From Mitosporidium daphniae (lineage: Eukaryota), in the NCBI RefSeq assembly GCF_000760515.2, contig NW_013546389.1:1-38281 (forward strand): a stretch of 38,281 bases of DNA. Direction: 5' to 3'. The notes beneath the pieces were generated by a model. That model did no database searches. It was not told the origin of the DNA and saw nothing but the letters and a program-made list of their open reading frames with translations. Made by a program: the position numbers and the translations under genes. Position 1 is the first letter of the stretch, and the number at the start of each line of letters is the position of its first letter. Below are positions 21,579 to 31,649 of this stretch, in pieces.

Positions 21579-21615
21579 AACCCTAATCTGTTGACGCCAA
21601 CGCAAAGTTAGGGTT
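21579..21615. promoter_or_regulatory. Inverted pair of telo-box motifs upstream of RRP5
   Basis: AACCCTAA at 21579-21586 and TTAGGGTT at 21608-21615, about 60 bp before the RRP5 ATG. A regulatory role is inferred. Confidence 0.4.
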
Positions 21616-21673
21616 AAATGTGGTTGAGATTTTACAAAACATAATTAAATTGAAATCGAAATTTTTTATCTTA

Positions 21674-24600
21674 ATGGATTTTCCCAGAGGCGGTAAACCT
21701 ATTCTCCCGCATCATGAACGAAAGCGTCTGTTCATGCAGGCCTCCAAGAATGTCCAGTCGAACAAGAAAAAAGCTGTAACAGCCAAACCGGCTCGTGCGG
21801 CCTTTCCAAAAAAGTTCAAAAAAATCAGGCGCTCAGCAAATCATCTTTACAAAGACGCTCAGTTCGAGGATGGCCTTGACAAGTTGGAGGTGACCATGCA
21901 AGGCCCTCTTCCGTTCATACATCCTCTTTCACATGGAAGGCTTACTCCAGAAATGCATCTTCTTGGGATTGTAAAGCGACGTATCTCGTCAACCTCCATC
22001 ATCATTTCGCTACCAAATAATCTTCAAGGAAGATGCACCGATGCAAATTTAGTTCCAGGATCTCTGGCACAAGTGAAGGTTGTTGAGGATTCAAACGCTT
22101 CAGGAAAAAAAGCTCGAATTATCCACCTTGAGGTTGTAAAAGGGAGCACCAAGCCGGCAGAGGGCACTTCTGTGATGAGCACAGTCACATCTGTCGAAGA
22201 GCAGCGCGGATTCTTAATCTCCATAAACGAAGAGGCCGACAAGGTAGGCTTCCTTCCAAATCCGTGCCCAGACTTGCTGGATTTGCGTCCAGGAATGCCT
22301 TTGTTGGTCACTATTTCCAGTTTCAAAGGTCGAATTCCTCGCCTTTCGCTTCCCGGAGAAATTCACTGCACAAGAAATGATCTTTCTTTTGAAGAAATCA
22401 CACCAGGAACCGTTTTTTCTGGCTCTACTTTGCTCAAGTACATCCCTGGAAGAGGAGCCTTGCTTTCTCTGGGCGAGACAACATTCAGAGCCACTGCAGA
22501 TTGCATGCATATCAATACAGAAGAAAAAAAGGAAGGTGCTCGTCTTGGACCTTGCATAGTGCTGTGGACAGAGTCAACAGAGCGTTCCGTGGGAGTTTCA
22601 TTTTTGCCACATCTTTTGACCATGTCAGAGCGGTTGGGCTCGTTTGCGAAGCTTTCCACAACAGGCTCATTACCATCGCAAATGGAGCTTTCTGTTTGCA
22701 GCTTGATTCCGGGATTTGGTTCACTTTTGGCCAGTTCCATGATGCCGTTTGCCGCTCAACGGTTTTTTTCATCAGAGATCCAGTCAAAGGTTGGAGATAT
22801 CGCAACAGCAGTGCCGGTGGATTGGAATGCAATCGATAATACTGTCACGGTAACTATGGCCAATTCGACACCTATAGACATCACGACAATCACCCGAGAT
22901 ACAGTGGCACTCGGGATGGTTGTGTGGGGTACCGTCACTCGTGTCGATAATAGTATGATGGTTGTCGAAATTGGAGAGGGCTTCCATGGTGTTTGTCCCA
23001 GGTTCCACTGGTTCGAAAAAAACGATCACCGTAGTAACAAAAGCGCACCACTGGGTGTCGGTGATCGAAGAAAGTTCAGAGTGCTTGCCTTTTCATCTTC
23101 TGGCTCCTCTCAGCCCCTTTTGACGCGCAAACCAGCACTTCTTCGGATCGCTCCAAACATTCCCATCGTTTCTGATCGCCTGGGACTTGTTGCTGCTGGC
23201 ACGCTCACGGTCGGCTACGCTCTTGTGGTCAAGGAGCGTTTTGTCATATTTGGGTTCTATGGAGATGCGCGTGGAATTCTCGCGACAACGAGCATCCCAA
23301 ATGTCAAGGTTCAAGCGGGCGATGTGCACGAACTCCGCATCATTGGCTTTGATGAGCGAAGGGCGCTTTACAAAGTTGTCCCAGCAGCTCTCCAAGAAAC
23401 TGTTTCACAACGCAAATTTCCAAAGCACAACCAGATGGTAGATGCTTCGTTGGAGCGTATCTTCAATGCGGATGGTGCGATGACCGCCTTTTTCGCACTT
23501 CCGCATGTATATGGCCCGCTCAAGGCCACTGCCAAGCTTCACGAATTGCATTCTAGCGATTTTTTGGGGCGTATTCTTTCCGAAAATTCATCTCCCCAGC
23601 TTGGCGCATCAGCCGGGATCGATGTATCCAATTCTTGTGCGGCAATAGAAACCTTGACTACTTATGGTGTAGGGGATACATTTGGTCTCCGCGTTTCTTC
23701 GTGCACTTCCAATGAAGTGGTGTTGGAGGCGCCGATGCCAGTGACTGGACCCAGGGAAGTTCTTGTCAAGATCCTTACGCCTTCTAACTCTGTAATGGTG
23801 TGTTCTGTTATTGTCGAATCAACACTCGCTATGGAAGCCCCACCTGGGATTTTGGCCCTTGAGGGTCCTAGAATTCCCCTCAAATTGTGGCATTTAGATC
23901 CAAGTCCATGCAAAGATGAGGCTGAAGCTGCGGCAGCTGAGCGCAAGTTTGGCCCTATGGCCAAAGATCCCAACGACCCTATCACAGCCCTTTCATTGAC
24001 CGCCTCTTTTCGCCGTGCGCTGATGCTTGCCAATGTATATGATATCGACGAGAAAGGCGTCGACAATGGCTCTGTGAACAAGAGTGAAATTCCAGCCAAA
24101 CACGAGAATGGTGACACCGTCGCTACCAAAAAGCAAGGCGCTGCAACAAAAGCGGAGCCAACTCAAAAGCACACCTTTTCGCTTCGCATTCCAATTCCAG
24201 TATTGGCTTCACGCTTCACTGGCTCCCTGTGGGAGGCTGCAATTGCTACGCGGAAGATGCTTCGCCAAGAAAGAATTTCACCACCCTCCTCGAAGATTTT
24301 GGCAAACCGGATGGTCGTTGGTGTCGTTTCTGGAATTCATCCAACCATGGGGCTTTTCATGGCTTTCGATGAAACAAGCTCCGGATTGGTTTTACCGCGG
24401 AATGCAACCCCGCTGTACTCACAAACATGGTGGCAGCAAGTACCACCAGTGGGGGCCATCGTGCAGGCATGGATAGTCCCTGGATGTGAAAGTTTAATCA
24501 AACTTTCGCTTTCCCTGAAAGGACCCATCAGAAAAGGTCATCTTTCTCGGCCTTTAGCTCATGAAGAGGCTGCTTTGGAAACACCCGTGCTGGCAGAAGA

Positions 24601-25792
24601 AGATCGCACTCATCGCTCTCGCGGTGCATCGATCCTTGCAAGCATTCAGGAACAAGCACAAATACCTAGCGCTACTGATTCTTCATCCATCTATATGGAT
24701 GAAGAAACCGACTCGGACTCGGACTCGGACTCTGAAACGGAGGCTGAGGTTGAGGTTGGTTTGAACCCTGATCTCCAGGCCCATCCCAAGACTGCAAAGG
24801 GGAAGATGACCTTAGATCCGCTTTCGGTTGATTTTATAGAAAGAGCATTAGCCGATCCAGCAAGGGTGCCTTCGACACATGAGGATCACGAACGTGCTGT
24901 TCTTGCAGATCCGGCGTCTTCGCTCAATTGGATCGCCTACATGGCTTTTGAATCCGATGCAGGCTCAATGGAGCGAGCAAGGGCTGTTGCCGAGCGTGCC
25001 CTTGCTGCAATTCCTTATCGTGCAGAGGGAGAAAAGCTTAACATTTGGATCGCATGGCTTCGTCTTGAATGGGCATTCTCTGAATCAAAAATTGATACTG
25101 TGAAGGACAACTTTGACGAGGTCCTTGCAGAAGGGCTGGCAAGAGCCTCCTCCTCCAAACATTTATTGTTAGCTGCCTGGCAGCTTGTCACGGATACTAT
25201 CAAAAATAATGGCATACAGCGCCCCAGGGCCCTCCGCTTGATCTCACATCTTGAGAATCTGATGCTGGCGAAACCAATCCTCCGTGCTTCCGGAAAAATT
25301 TGGCTTGCATTGCTTTCACTCGAGTATTTGGGAATGCGGTCATCATCTTCTTCTTCGTCCTCATCATCGCTTATGGGACGGGCTAAATCTTCTTTGGCAC
25401 CGCCTGCGTTTATCAAACTGCAGACGCGCCTTTCGCTGCAGGCATATTGTGAAGGTGATTTTTCCATGGGACGTTCCATGATAGAGTCTATCATTGGGCA
25501 GCATCCAAAGCGATTTGATCTCTGGATGCTCTATTTGCAAGCAGAGCGCAAAGGCCTCCGCGGAATATCGCACGATGGGTCTGCCACCAAGAAGGTGTCC
25601 AAGCTTGGGGCTCCTCAGCCTAGTGTTGAGTATTTGCGAAAACTTTACGAAAGAGTCGCAGTTCTTCCTTTTTCTTCAAAACGAATGAAGAGCCTTTTTA
25701 AAACCTTTCTTGACTTTGAAAAGAGCTTTGGCTCGCAGGCACATATTGAGCGAGTTAGACAGCTTGCCGTTTCTTACGTGGAGCGTCAATAA
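21674..25792 (+). CDS. RRP5: rRNA biogenesis protein Rrp5 (S1 domains plus C-terminal HAT/TPR repeats)
   Basis: N-terminal MDFPRGG, ISLPNNLQG, several S1-like beta segments, and C-terminal HERAVLADPASSLNWIAYMAF, ARAVAERAL..I.YR.E.EKLNIWIA, PKRFDLW and MKSLFKTFLDFEK..G. Confidence 0.93.
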   Translation: MDFPRGGKPILPHHERKRLFMQASKNVQSNKKKAVTAKPARAAFPKKFKKIRRSANHLYKDAQFEDGLDKLEVTMQGPLPFIHPLSHGRLTPEMHLLGIVKRRISSTSIIISLPNNLQGRCTDANLVPGSLAQVKVVEDSNASGKKARIIHLEVVKGSTKPAEGTSVMSTVTSVEEQRGFLISINEEADKVGFLPNPCPDLLDLRPGMPLLVTISSFKGRIPRLSLPGEIHCTRNDLSFEEITPGTVFSGSTLLKYIPGRGALLSLGETTFRATADCMHINTEEKKEGARLGPCIVLWTESTERSVGVSFLPHLLTMSERLGSFAKLSTTGSLPSQMELSVCSLIPGFGSLLASSMMPFAAQRFFSSEIQSKVGDIATAVPVDWNAIDNTVTVTMANSTPIDITTITRDTVALGMVVWGTVTRVDNSMMVVEIGEGFHGVCPRFHWFEKNDHRSNKSAPLGVGDRRKFRVLAFSSSGSSQPLLTRKPALLRIAPNIPIVSDRLGLVAAGTLTVGYALVVKERFVIFGFYGDARGILATTSIPNVKVQAGDVHELRIIGFDERRALYKVVPAALQETVSQRKFPKHNQMVDASLERIFNADGAMTAFFALPHVYGPLKATAKLHELHSSDFLGRILSENSSPQLGASAGIDVSNSCAAIETLTTYGVGDTFGLRVSSCTSNEVVLEAPMPVTGPREVLVKILTPSNSVMVCSVIVESTLAMEAPPGILALEGPRIPLKLWHLDPSPCKDEAEAAAAERKFGPMAKDPNDPITALSLTASFRRALMLANVYDIDEKGVDNGSVNKSEIPAKHENGDTVATKKQGAATKAEPTQKHTFSLRIPIPVLASRFTGSLWEAAIATRKMLRQERISPPSSKILANRMVVGVVSGIHPTMGLFMAFDETSSGLVLPRNATPLYSQTWWQQVPPVGAIVQAWIVPGCESLIKLSLSLKGPIRKGHLSRPLAHEEAALETPVLAEEDRTHRSRGASILASIQEQAQIPSATDSSSIYMDEETDSDSDSDSETEAEVEVGLNPDLQAHPKTAKGKMTLDPLSVDFIERALADPARVPSTHEDHERAVLADPASSLNWIAYMAFESDAGSMERARAVAERALAAIPYRAEGEKLNIWIAWLRLEWAFSESKIDTVKDNFDEVLAEGLARASSSKHLLLAAWQLVTDTIKNNGIQRPRALRLISHLENLMLAKPILRASGKIWLALLSLEYLGMRSSSSSSSSSSLMGRAKSSLAPPAFIKLQTRLSLQAYCEGDFSMGRSMIESIIGQHPKRFDLWMLYLQAERKGLRGISHDGSATKKVSKLGAPQPSVEYLRKLYERVAVLPFSSKRMKSLFKTFLDFEKSFGSQAHIERVRQLAVSYVERQ

Positions 25793-25882
25793 TTTAATAA
25801 AATCTAATTCTTGATTGCAGTTGCGTGTGAATGCCGCTATATTACGTATTTGCAGTCTTCTTCCGTGTACGCTCGTCCCGAG

Positions 25883-26070
25883 CATTACCTTAATCCAGGC
25901 CTTTATGGGTGACGCCGGCCCCCCACACTAACCCAACTTTGGTGGTAAATTTTTACTATTTAGGGTTACAGGCCAGCCATAGCCTAATTCCGCCCCTGCC
26001 CCTTGAAGTTATGCTAACCCTAAATGGGGAATCAAACATAAAGATGCGGCTTCATTGAATTAAGGTAGTG
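25883..26070. ncRNA. Candidate structured non-coding RNA of unassigned family
   Basis: Nested complementary segments 25883-25897/26056-26070, 25901-25907/26037-26043 and 25958-25968/26015-26025, plus a crossing pair 25910-25917/26047-26054. It lies in a ~330-bp gap between convergent genes. Confidence 0.4.
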
Positions 26071-26120
26071 GTAACGCCATTCCGATACCAAAAGATATCT
26101 GATGCGAAAAAACTGGTCCA

Positions 26121-26453
26121 TCAAGAGTCGGGAACCAGGATGCCCGCAACACACCCTGCAAGCAGCTTTGTATAGTTTACCCAGGGGTGATGCTTATCTA
26201 GATGTGAACATTAGCTGCACTTACTGAAGGCCTCCAAGATGTCCGTTCCTTTTGAATTCTCCAATATGGCGATGCCGCCAGGATGGTACTTGCAAAATTC
26301 TGACAGATCATATACAATGTGGCCATCAAAAGTGACCAACAGGGACTCGCCCTCCAATTTATTCCTTCTAAATGTCGAGATCGGAATGGGAACATCGAAT
26401 CTGTCTTTGCGCGCGGAGACAGAAGAAGAGGTCAGCCATAACCGCAGGTCCAT
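26121..26453 (-). CDS. Small cytochrome b5 domain protein, Irc21/CYB5R4-b5 type (exons 26453-26225, 26197-26121)
   Basis: VYDLSEFCKYHPGG heme motif. Intron 26198-26224 (GTAAGT..CTAG, 27 nt) adds FNKHHPWVNYTKLLAGCVAGIL, matching the H.WVN...L..C.VG.L signature. Confidence 0.88.
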
Positions 26454-26595
26454 TTCAATTTAAAAGTAAATTTTAATTTTCAATTTGATTGGTAAGCCAT
26501 TCCATTTCATTGGGGTTTTTTGTACCCAATCGGTCATACCAATGTCACTTTAATATAGCTAGCTACAGTGGACGTACTACTCCTCCGCACTTCAA

Positions 26596-27474
26596 ATGAA
26601 TTATTACGGATCCTACCTTATTCTTTTCTTAGTGCTTTGTTTGATATCGGACTCATTCTCTTTTCCAGGAGAAAACGTGCGTTCTAGAGCCGTACTTCAA
26701 TATTATGGCAAACATGTTGTTCCCAAAAAAACTTCAGAAGGAAAGTGTGGCGATGGATGCAACTTTGGATGCGAAAAGAATAGCATACAAGATCTACCGC
26801 CCTCGCTGTTAAATCCGGATCCCACGACCGATGAGATTCCTAAATTCTTCCTCCCCAAGCCCCCAAAGCCCCCCAAGACCCCCAGCGATGTGGATAAAAA
26901 GGATTGTGTATGCGATCAAAGTATTCGCGTTAATGAGGACCCGGAAAATACGCCAGATGTTCAAGTAGTCCAATCTAATGCTCCTGTACCCGAAGGCATA
27001 ATGTCGTCCAAAGAAACGAAATCATCTTGTCCGGCTTCATCAATCTGTGCAGACGACGGTGTCTTTACACGCATATCGATTGCGGTTATGGATGAAGAAC
27101 TTACTTTGCCGGAGATCACCGATAAAAATCAAATTTTTGTAGAGAAAAAGAAATGGGTCCTCGTCGAAAGGCAAGGAAAAGTGTGCTATTGCAAGCTTAC
27201 CGCCGACGATATGGTCAAAAGAGAGAATACCTGGTTAATTCAGACTCCGATTGGTCAGGCAGCAAGTGAAACAGATTGCATAACAGAGCAGTACATTGTG
27301 TTTAACCACAACGCTACAAAGAGGCTTGACCTCAAACCGACCAAAGATGGGGAAGAGATGGAGTTTGTACTTTTGGAGGCAATTGAGCCTCCACCAGGCT
27401 TGATAATCAATCAGAAAAATCCTAACATGGGGACTACCATTACTTTCAACCCAATTGGGTTAGGGTTAGATTAA
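26596..27474 (+). CDS. Orphan secreted Cys-rich protein
   Basis: 292-aa intronless ORF with signal-peptide-like MNYYGSYLILFLVLCLISDSFS, a Pro/Lys linker PKPPKPPKTP and many Cys. Confidence 0.75.
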   Translation: MNYYGSYLILFLVLCLISDSFSFPGENVRSRAVLQYYGKHVVPKKTSEGKCGDGCNFGCEKNSIQDLPPSLLNPDPTTDEIPKFFLPKPPKPPKTPSDVDKKDCVCDQSIRVNEDPENTPDVQVVQSNAPVPEGIMSSKETKSSCPASSICADDGVFTRISIAVMDEELTLPEITDKNQIFVEKKKWVLVERQGKVCYCKLTADDMVKRENTWLIQTPIGQAASETDCITEQYIVFNHNATKRLDLKPTKDGEEMEFVLLEAIEPPPGLIINQKNPNMGTTITFNPIGLGLD

Positions 27475-27559
27475 ATAAATAAATAGATAAGAGTTACTTG
27501 AAGCTGCATTTTTATTGGCTACTTTTCGTAACGAAATGCCCGAGAACACAAAATTTCTC

Positions 27560-27577
27560 ATCACATCACATCACATC
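27560..27577. repeat. (ATCAC)n microsatellite, about 3.5 copies
   Basis: atcacatcacatcacatc just upstream of ATG 27590. Confidence 0.7.
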
Positions 27578-27589
27578 TAACACTTAAGT

Positions 27590-28201
27590 ATGATCAATAG
27601 CCTCATTTTATTTATTATAAATATTGCAATTCTTTTGGCTTCTACCTCAAGATGCAATGAAGAATTTTGCTTACTAAACAACGGCCCATATTTACTGGAA
27701 TCTGAGAATGCCCTTTTCTTATCGCTGGTACCCAATACAGATAAGAAGGTAGCTTTCACGACGTATAAAAGTCAAGCATCAAGATTCAATGTGCTTTTTA
27801 TAAACAAAACAAATCACGAGGTTGTCTTGGAATTGCTAGGAGAGCCAGATGGTCTTTTTTATTTCAAGAATACTCTTGACTGTAAAAGTAGATTTTACAA
27901 AGAAAATCCAGGATGCCATTGGAGGCTAATTAGGGCTGCCCCAACAGAAATTCCAATTAGCAGTGAAGTTTCTCCCCTTTACTATGTTCAGTCCGTCGAA
28001 AATACGCTACCCAATTTGGGTTCCGAGTTAATTCCAGATACGGTTATCGCCCTGAAAGAACTATTTGACGGAGCTAAAGGAAATCTGCTCTCCATAAGTA
28101 AAGAAAGTCTTGATTGTATATATGCATCTTCAGTACTACTACCTATTGAGCAATTGGATGACGCGGATCGCTTCAGACTAGTTTTCCCCAAATGTTTATA
28201 A
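27590..28201 (+). CDS. Orphan secreted protein, possibly beta-trefoil fold
   Basis: 203-aa ORF with signal-peptide-like MINSLILFIINIAILLASTSRC and repeated Y-hydrophobic-hydrophobic-x-S ... (W/F)-x-hydrophobic beta patterns. Confidence 0.72.
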   Translation: MINSLILFIINIAILLASTSRCNEEFCLLNNGPYLLESENALFLSLVPNTDKKVAFTTYKSQASRFNVLFINKTNHEVVLELLGEPDGLFYFKNTLDCKSRFYKENPGCHWRLIRAAPTEIPISSEVSPLYYVQSVENTLPNLGSELIPDTVIALKELFDGAKGNLLSISKESLDCIYASSVLLPIEQLDDADRFRLVFPKCL

Positions 28202-28346
28202 AGTAAAGTTTTCACATTGTATACTTGAATCCAAAATTTAAAATCAAATAGTCGACAAACCAATTACAATGGGTGGACTCGGCGCTACCTTGCACCAATC
28301 CCCCATTTGATATGGCAAAATGATGCGCTTCAAGCCCTAGGTTTTG

Positions 28347-30722
28347 ATGATCTCTCCACAATTCAATAATGAGCGCTTTATCAATGACCATTTAACGGTA
28401 AGATGCATCCCAACCATACATGATAGGCCGAGCTAAAGGTAGACATAGCCTCTTCTTTAAGGCTATTGGACCACAGCATCCTTTCTTCCCTTTGTGTTCC
28501 AGATGGCGCTCACAAATCTCCTGCAAGCGAGAATTGTTCTATCAATGAGAAAACAACCGAGGCGACCATTAAAGCTTTAATGCACATCAGGGACCAATTG
28601 GTTGGGCATCCCATGCGCAAACGCTTATACGCAAGTGCAGATCTCATTCCTCGTCTTCAGACAATATTGTTTTCAAACTCTGAAGATGAAGCCATTGATA
28701 GCGGAGAAGTGGAATTAAGGATCTGTGCCCTAAAAACCGTCCATTCTTTGATCACCAATAGCAATATCGGCATAGGCTATTCTTTCACTTTGGATTATAT
28801 TTCGTTCCTTACAAACAGTAATATCGAGGCAGGCCAGTGGAATTGGGCCCTTAAAGCCTTGGTTGTGTTAACGGACCGTTCTTATCCCTCAACGACAGAA
28901 GCAGTTCGGTTGATCAGGAAATTTTCCACCATTCTGTATCAGTTCAAAAATTCGGCTTTAGCCGGATACGATTACAGAGAGGTTTCGATCATCATGGCAT
29001 TGCTTGCTAATTTTTGCATCTCAAAGCCATCTTTGATTTTCGTTCTACAAAATGAAGGCATTGTCGATTGGCTATTTTCTTACATTAACAATGGCTGCTT
29101 CTATTCCATTGACGAATGTAAGCTAAAGCTACTGGATTCAATTACCGAATCTTATGCTGAGGAGCTTTCAAAATATTGTATGGAAATCTTGAGTGCATCT
29201 AGTAAGAGGCAAAAGGAGAGGCTAACTTTGACTTCGATCTTTACCAAGGTAGCTTGTAGTTTTATGATGCTTTAGATAATTTTGTCGCATCCGAATGCTA
29301 CATTCAGAGCAGACTTTGCAAATTTTGTCATCAATCGCTCAATTCCGACCATATTTTTTTTCCTCCGCGGCGTCAATTGTCAATTTGAGGATTTACCGTG
29401 CAATTGTGGGGTAGAAACTCCATGCAGTGTAGCCACACCCACAATTGCGGTCAAAAAGTCCCAAATCAGAGTTTCATTGCTTTTATTGAAAAAAATATTG
29501 GCTTTATTTCAAGGAGACAAGTATCGAGCTCTTTCCTCCTTTCAAGGGGTTATCCCATCCGTAAACAATGTGGACCCGCTTGCAAAGCTTCTTTTGGCCA
29601 AAATGGATTCATTTCCAGAGGAGGCGTTGGATTGTTTCTGGTCGCTATTGGAGGAATTGACTAAAAACGAGTTCCCCTCTTTTGTTTTGTTCGAATCTGA
29701 TGAGCAGAGGCTGGAATTTGTCAGGATTTTGATCTCGCACATCAAATCGAATAACGAGCCTCTTCTTGTAGTTGCGTTGAAAACCTTAAGAGCACTATCT
29801 AGAAACGTACAAGAAATGAGAAGCATTCGATTTGACGATCTTCATCGAGCTGAGCTTGTTCAGGTTCTGATCGACAAGCTCGGCTATGAGCTTAGGGACT
29901 TTAGCCCTCAATTTACAGGCATCCTATTGAACGTGATTGCCAATTTGTCGCTTGAATTCGCCGGATTGCGTCTGGTAAGGCTGTGGTGGTATTTTATTTC
30001 TAGCAATATATAAAAGCTGGCCTGGTGCCAAAGATCGCCTTACTGCTTGAGAACGAGCTGTCTCGACAATGCAGCGACGAAGCAGAGAACGAACTGATTG
30101 AGAAGATCTTGCAAGTTTTGATGAACATTTCGCACAGGGCTCCATTTAAGCTGCGCAAACTTATTGTTTCCTCGCTTGGGGAGCAAAGCAAAAAGGCCAT
30201 CATTTCGCCTAAATACACGGCAGCCAGAGGCATCCTTCAAAACTTTGCCTGTGCCGATTCATTTGACCAGGTATTTTTGCATAGTTTTGACCCCTTTCAC
30301 AGATCGATTGGCTTTTAAATACGTTTGGTAAAGACTCGATTTTCAAGCTGCTTTCCAAAGAGCAATATTTGCCGCTGCTTTCAAATCTTACATTTACTGC
30401 TTCGCATTCGCTGAGGGAAGAAATTGCAAATACGCATCCAATAACTGAAGTGATCTTCAACACCCTTCAGGGGAGATTAAGGTCGCCATCTACATCAGAT
30501 GTGTTCTCAATCAACTCTGCCCTATTAGCTGCCATGCACATGAAGAATGGCCTGGAATTTGACAAAATCATCACAACTATTCAACAGATTTCAGAAACCG
30601 ATTTTTCCGCAGAAATTAGGCAGCTTGCCGTGGAGGCTTTGGGGCAGCTGTCTCCAACCGTTGTATCAGCAACCAGGAGTCTCAACAGCGAGGAGAGGGT
30701 CCCGCTCCCGCCTCCAATTTGA
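28347..30722 (+). CDS. Armadillo-repeat protein ARMC8/Vid28 (Gid5)-like, 4 introns
   Basis: Introns 28398-28426, 29249-29275, 29975-30003 and 30271-30302 join four ORFs. ALMHIRDQLVGHPMRK..LIPRL, ALKTLRALSRNVQEMRS and IANLSLEF resemble ARMC8 motifs (KN..IG...K, LHSLSRSV..LRT, LCNLLLEF). The 5' exon is less certain. Confidence 0.72.
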
Positions 30723-31351
30723 ACAGCGGTTGCTTTTTCAACTTTAAAGTCGTGAATATTTAAAATGATGGGACCTGATAAGCCTCTATTTCAACCCCAA
30801 ATTTGACCCTGGCCTTAAATCCTTCAAAAACGCACCGGACCATGGGATGAACCGGGAGCAGACAGCAGCTTTACCACACATGGTGAGATTAAAATGTTGG
30901 GGCCATTCCAAATTTGGGCCGTTTTTTACCGCAAAATAAAAGATCCTGAAAATTGTCAAACACAAGAAAATTCATAGTGCAAATGTTATCTTTTGCACAT
31001 CTGCTCTGGAAAGCGAAACCCCTTAATAGATTGCATGTTAAATTGCCGTGGCGTTTGCACCAAGTTGAAGCTGTTGCTAAGCCATCGAAAAGCATGGTGG
31101 CCTCTAGTGAATTTCACAAATTGAAAAATGGCATCAAAGAACAATATTCACACAAAGTGAGCGCCATCATTGTGCTTAAACCCTACTGCAAAGAAAAGTC
31201 ACTTTAAAATAGCATCCACGTCATGTGGAGGTCAAAGAGGTCGTGTATTGTTATCTACATCGTTCTTGTTCCTCTTGTTGCGCCAGACGAGCTGTAGGGC
31301 GAATATGGACCGGGGTTAGGTCAATTAATACCCTCCTTTAATCTAAAAGTT

Positions 31352-31369
31352 GGTTAGGGTTAGGGTTGG
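31352..31369. repeat. Interstitial telomeric-type repeat GGTTAGGGTTAGGGTTGG
   Basis: Two perfect TTAGGG units with degenerate flanks, in intergenic DNA upstream of SSL1. Confidence 0.7.
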
Positions 31370-31649
31370 ACGAACTCGATACTAACCTTCAATCGTTAAT
31401 TTAAGGGCTAGGTAGTATTTTTCGGTAGTTTCGACAGACAGAAAAATTAGTACAATAAGGATTCTCGATCGATAGCCTTGTGGCTACAAACAAAACACTC
31501 AATGTGACTGAAAACAAATGTGTCCATCAGACATGTATTGACACGTAAAATGCACTAAGGTGGTCATGGATTAAAGTTCATATTTTAAGAAATCCGGAAA
31601 AGGTTGCACTATTAATTACCAAATTGGCCGTAAAAATTTGCAATTTTAA

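Noticed and set aside
13174..25688. Numerous 60-200 aa antisense and alternate-frame ORFs overlapping SET3, PLD and RRP5
   Set aside because: Shadow ORFs of long coding regions, with no recognisable motifs.
25883..25893. CATTACCTTAA as the 5' end of U1 snRNA
   Set aside because: It does not match ACTTACC, and no U1-70K or U1A loop motifs were found downstream.
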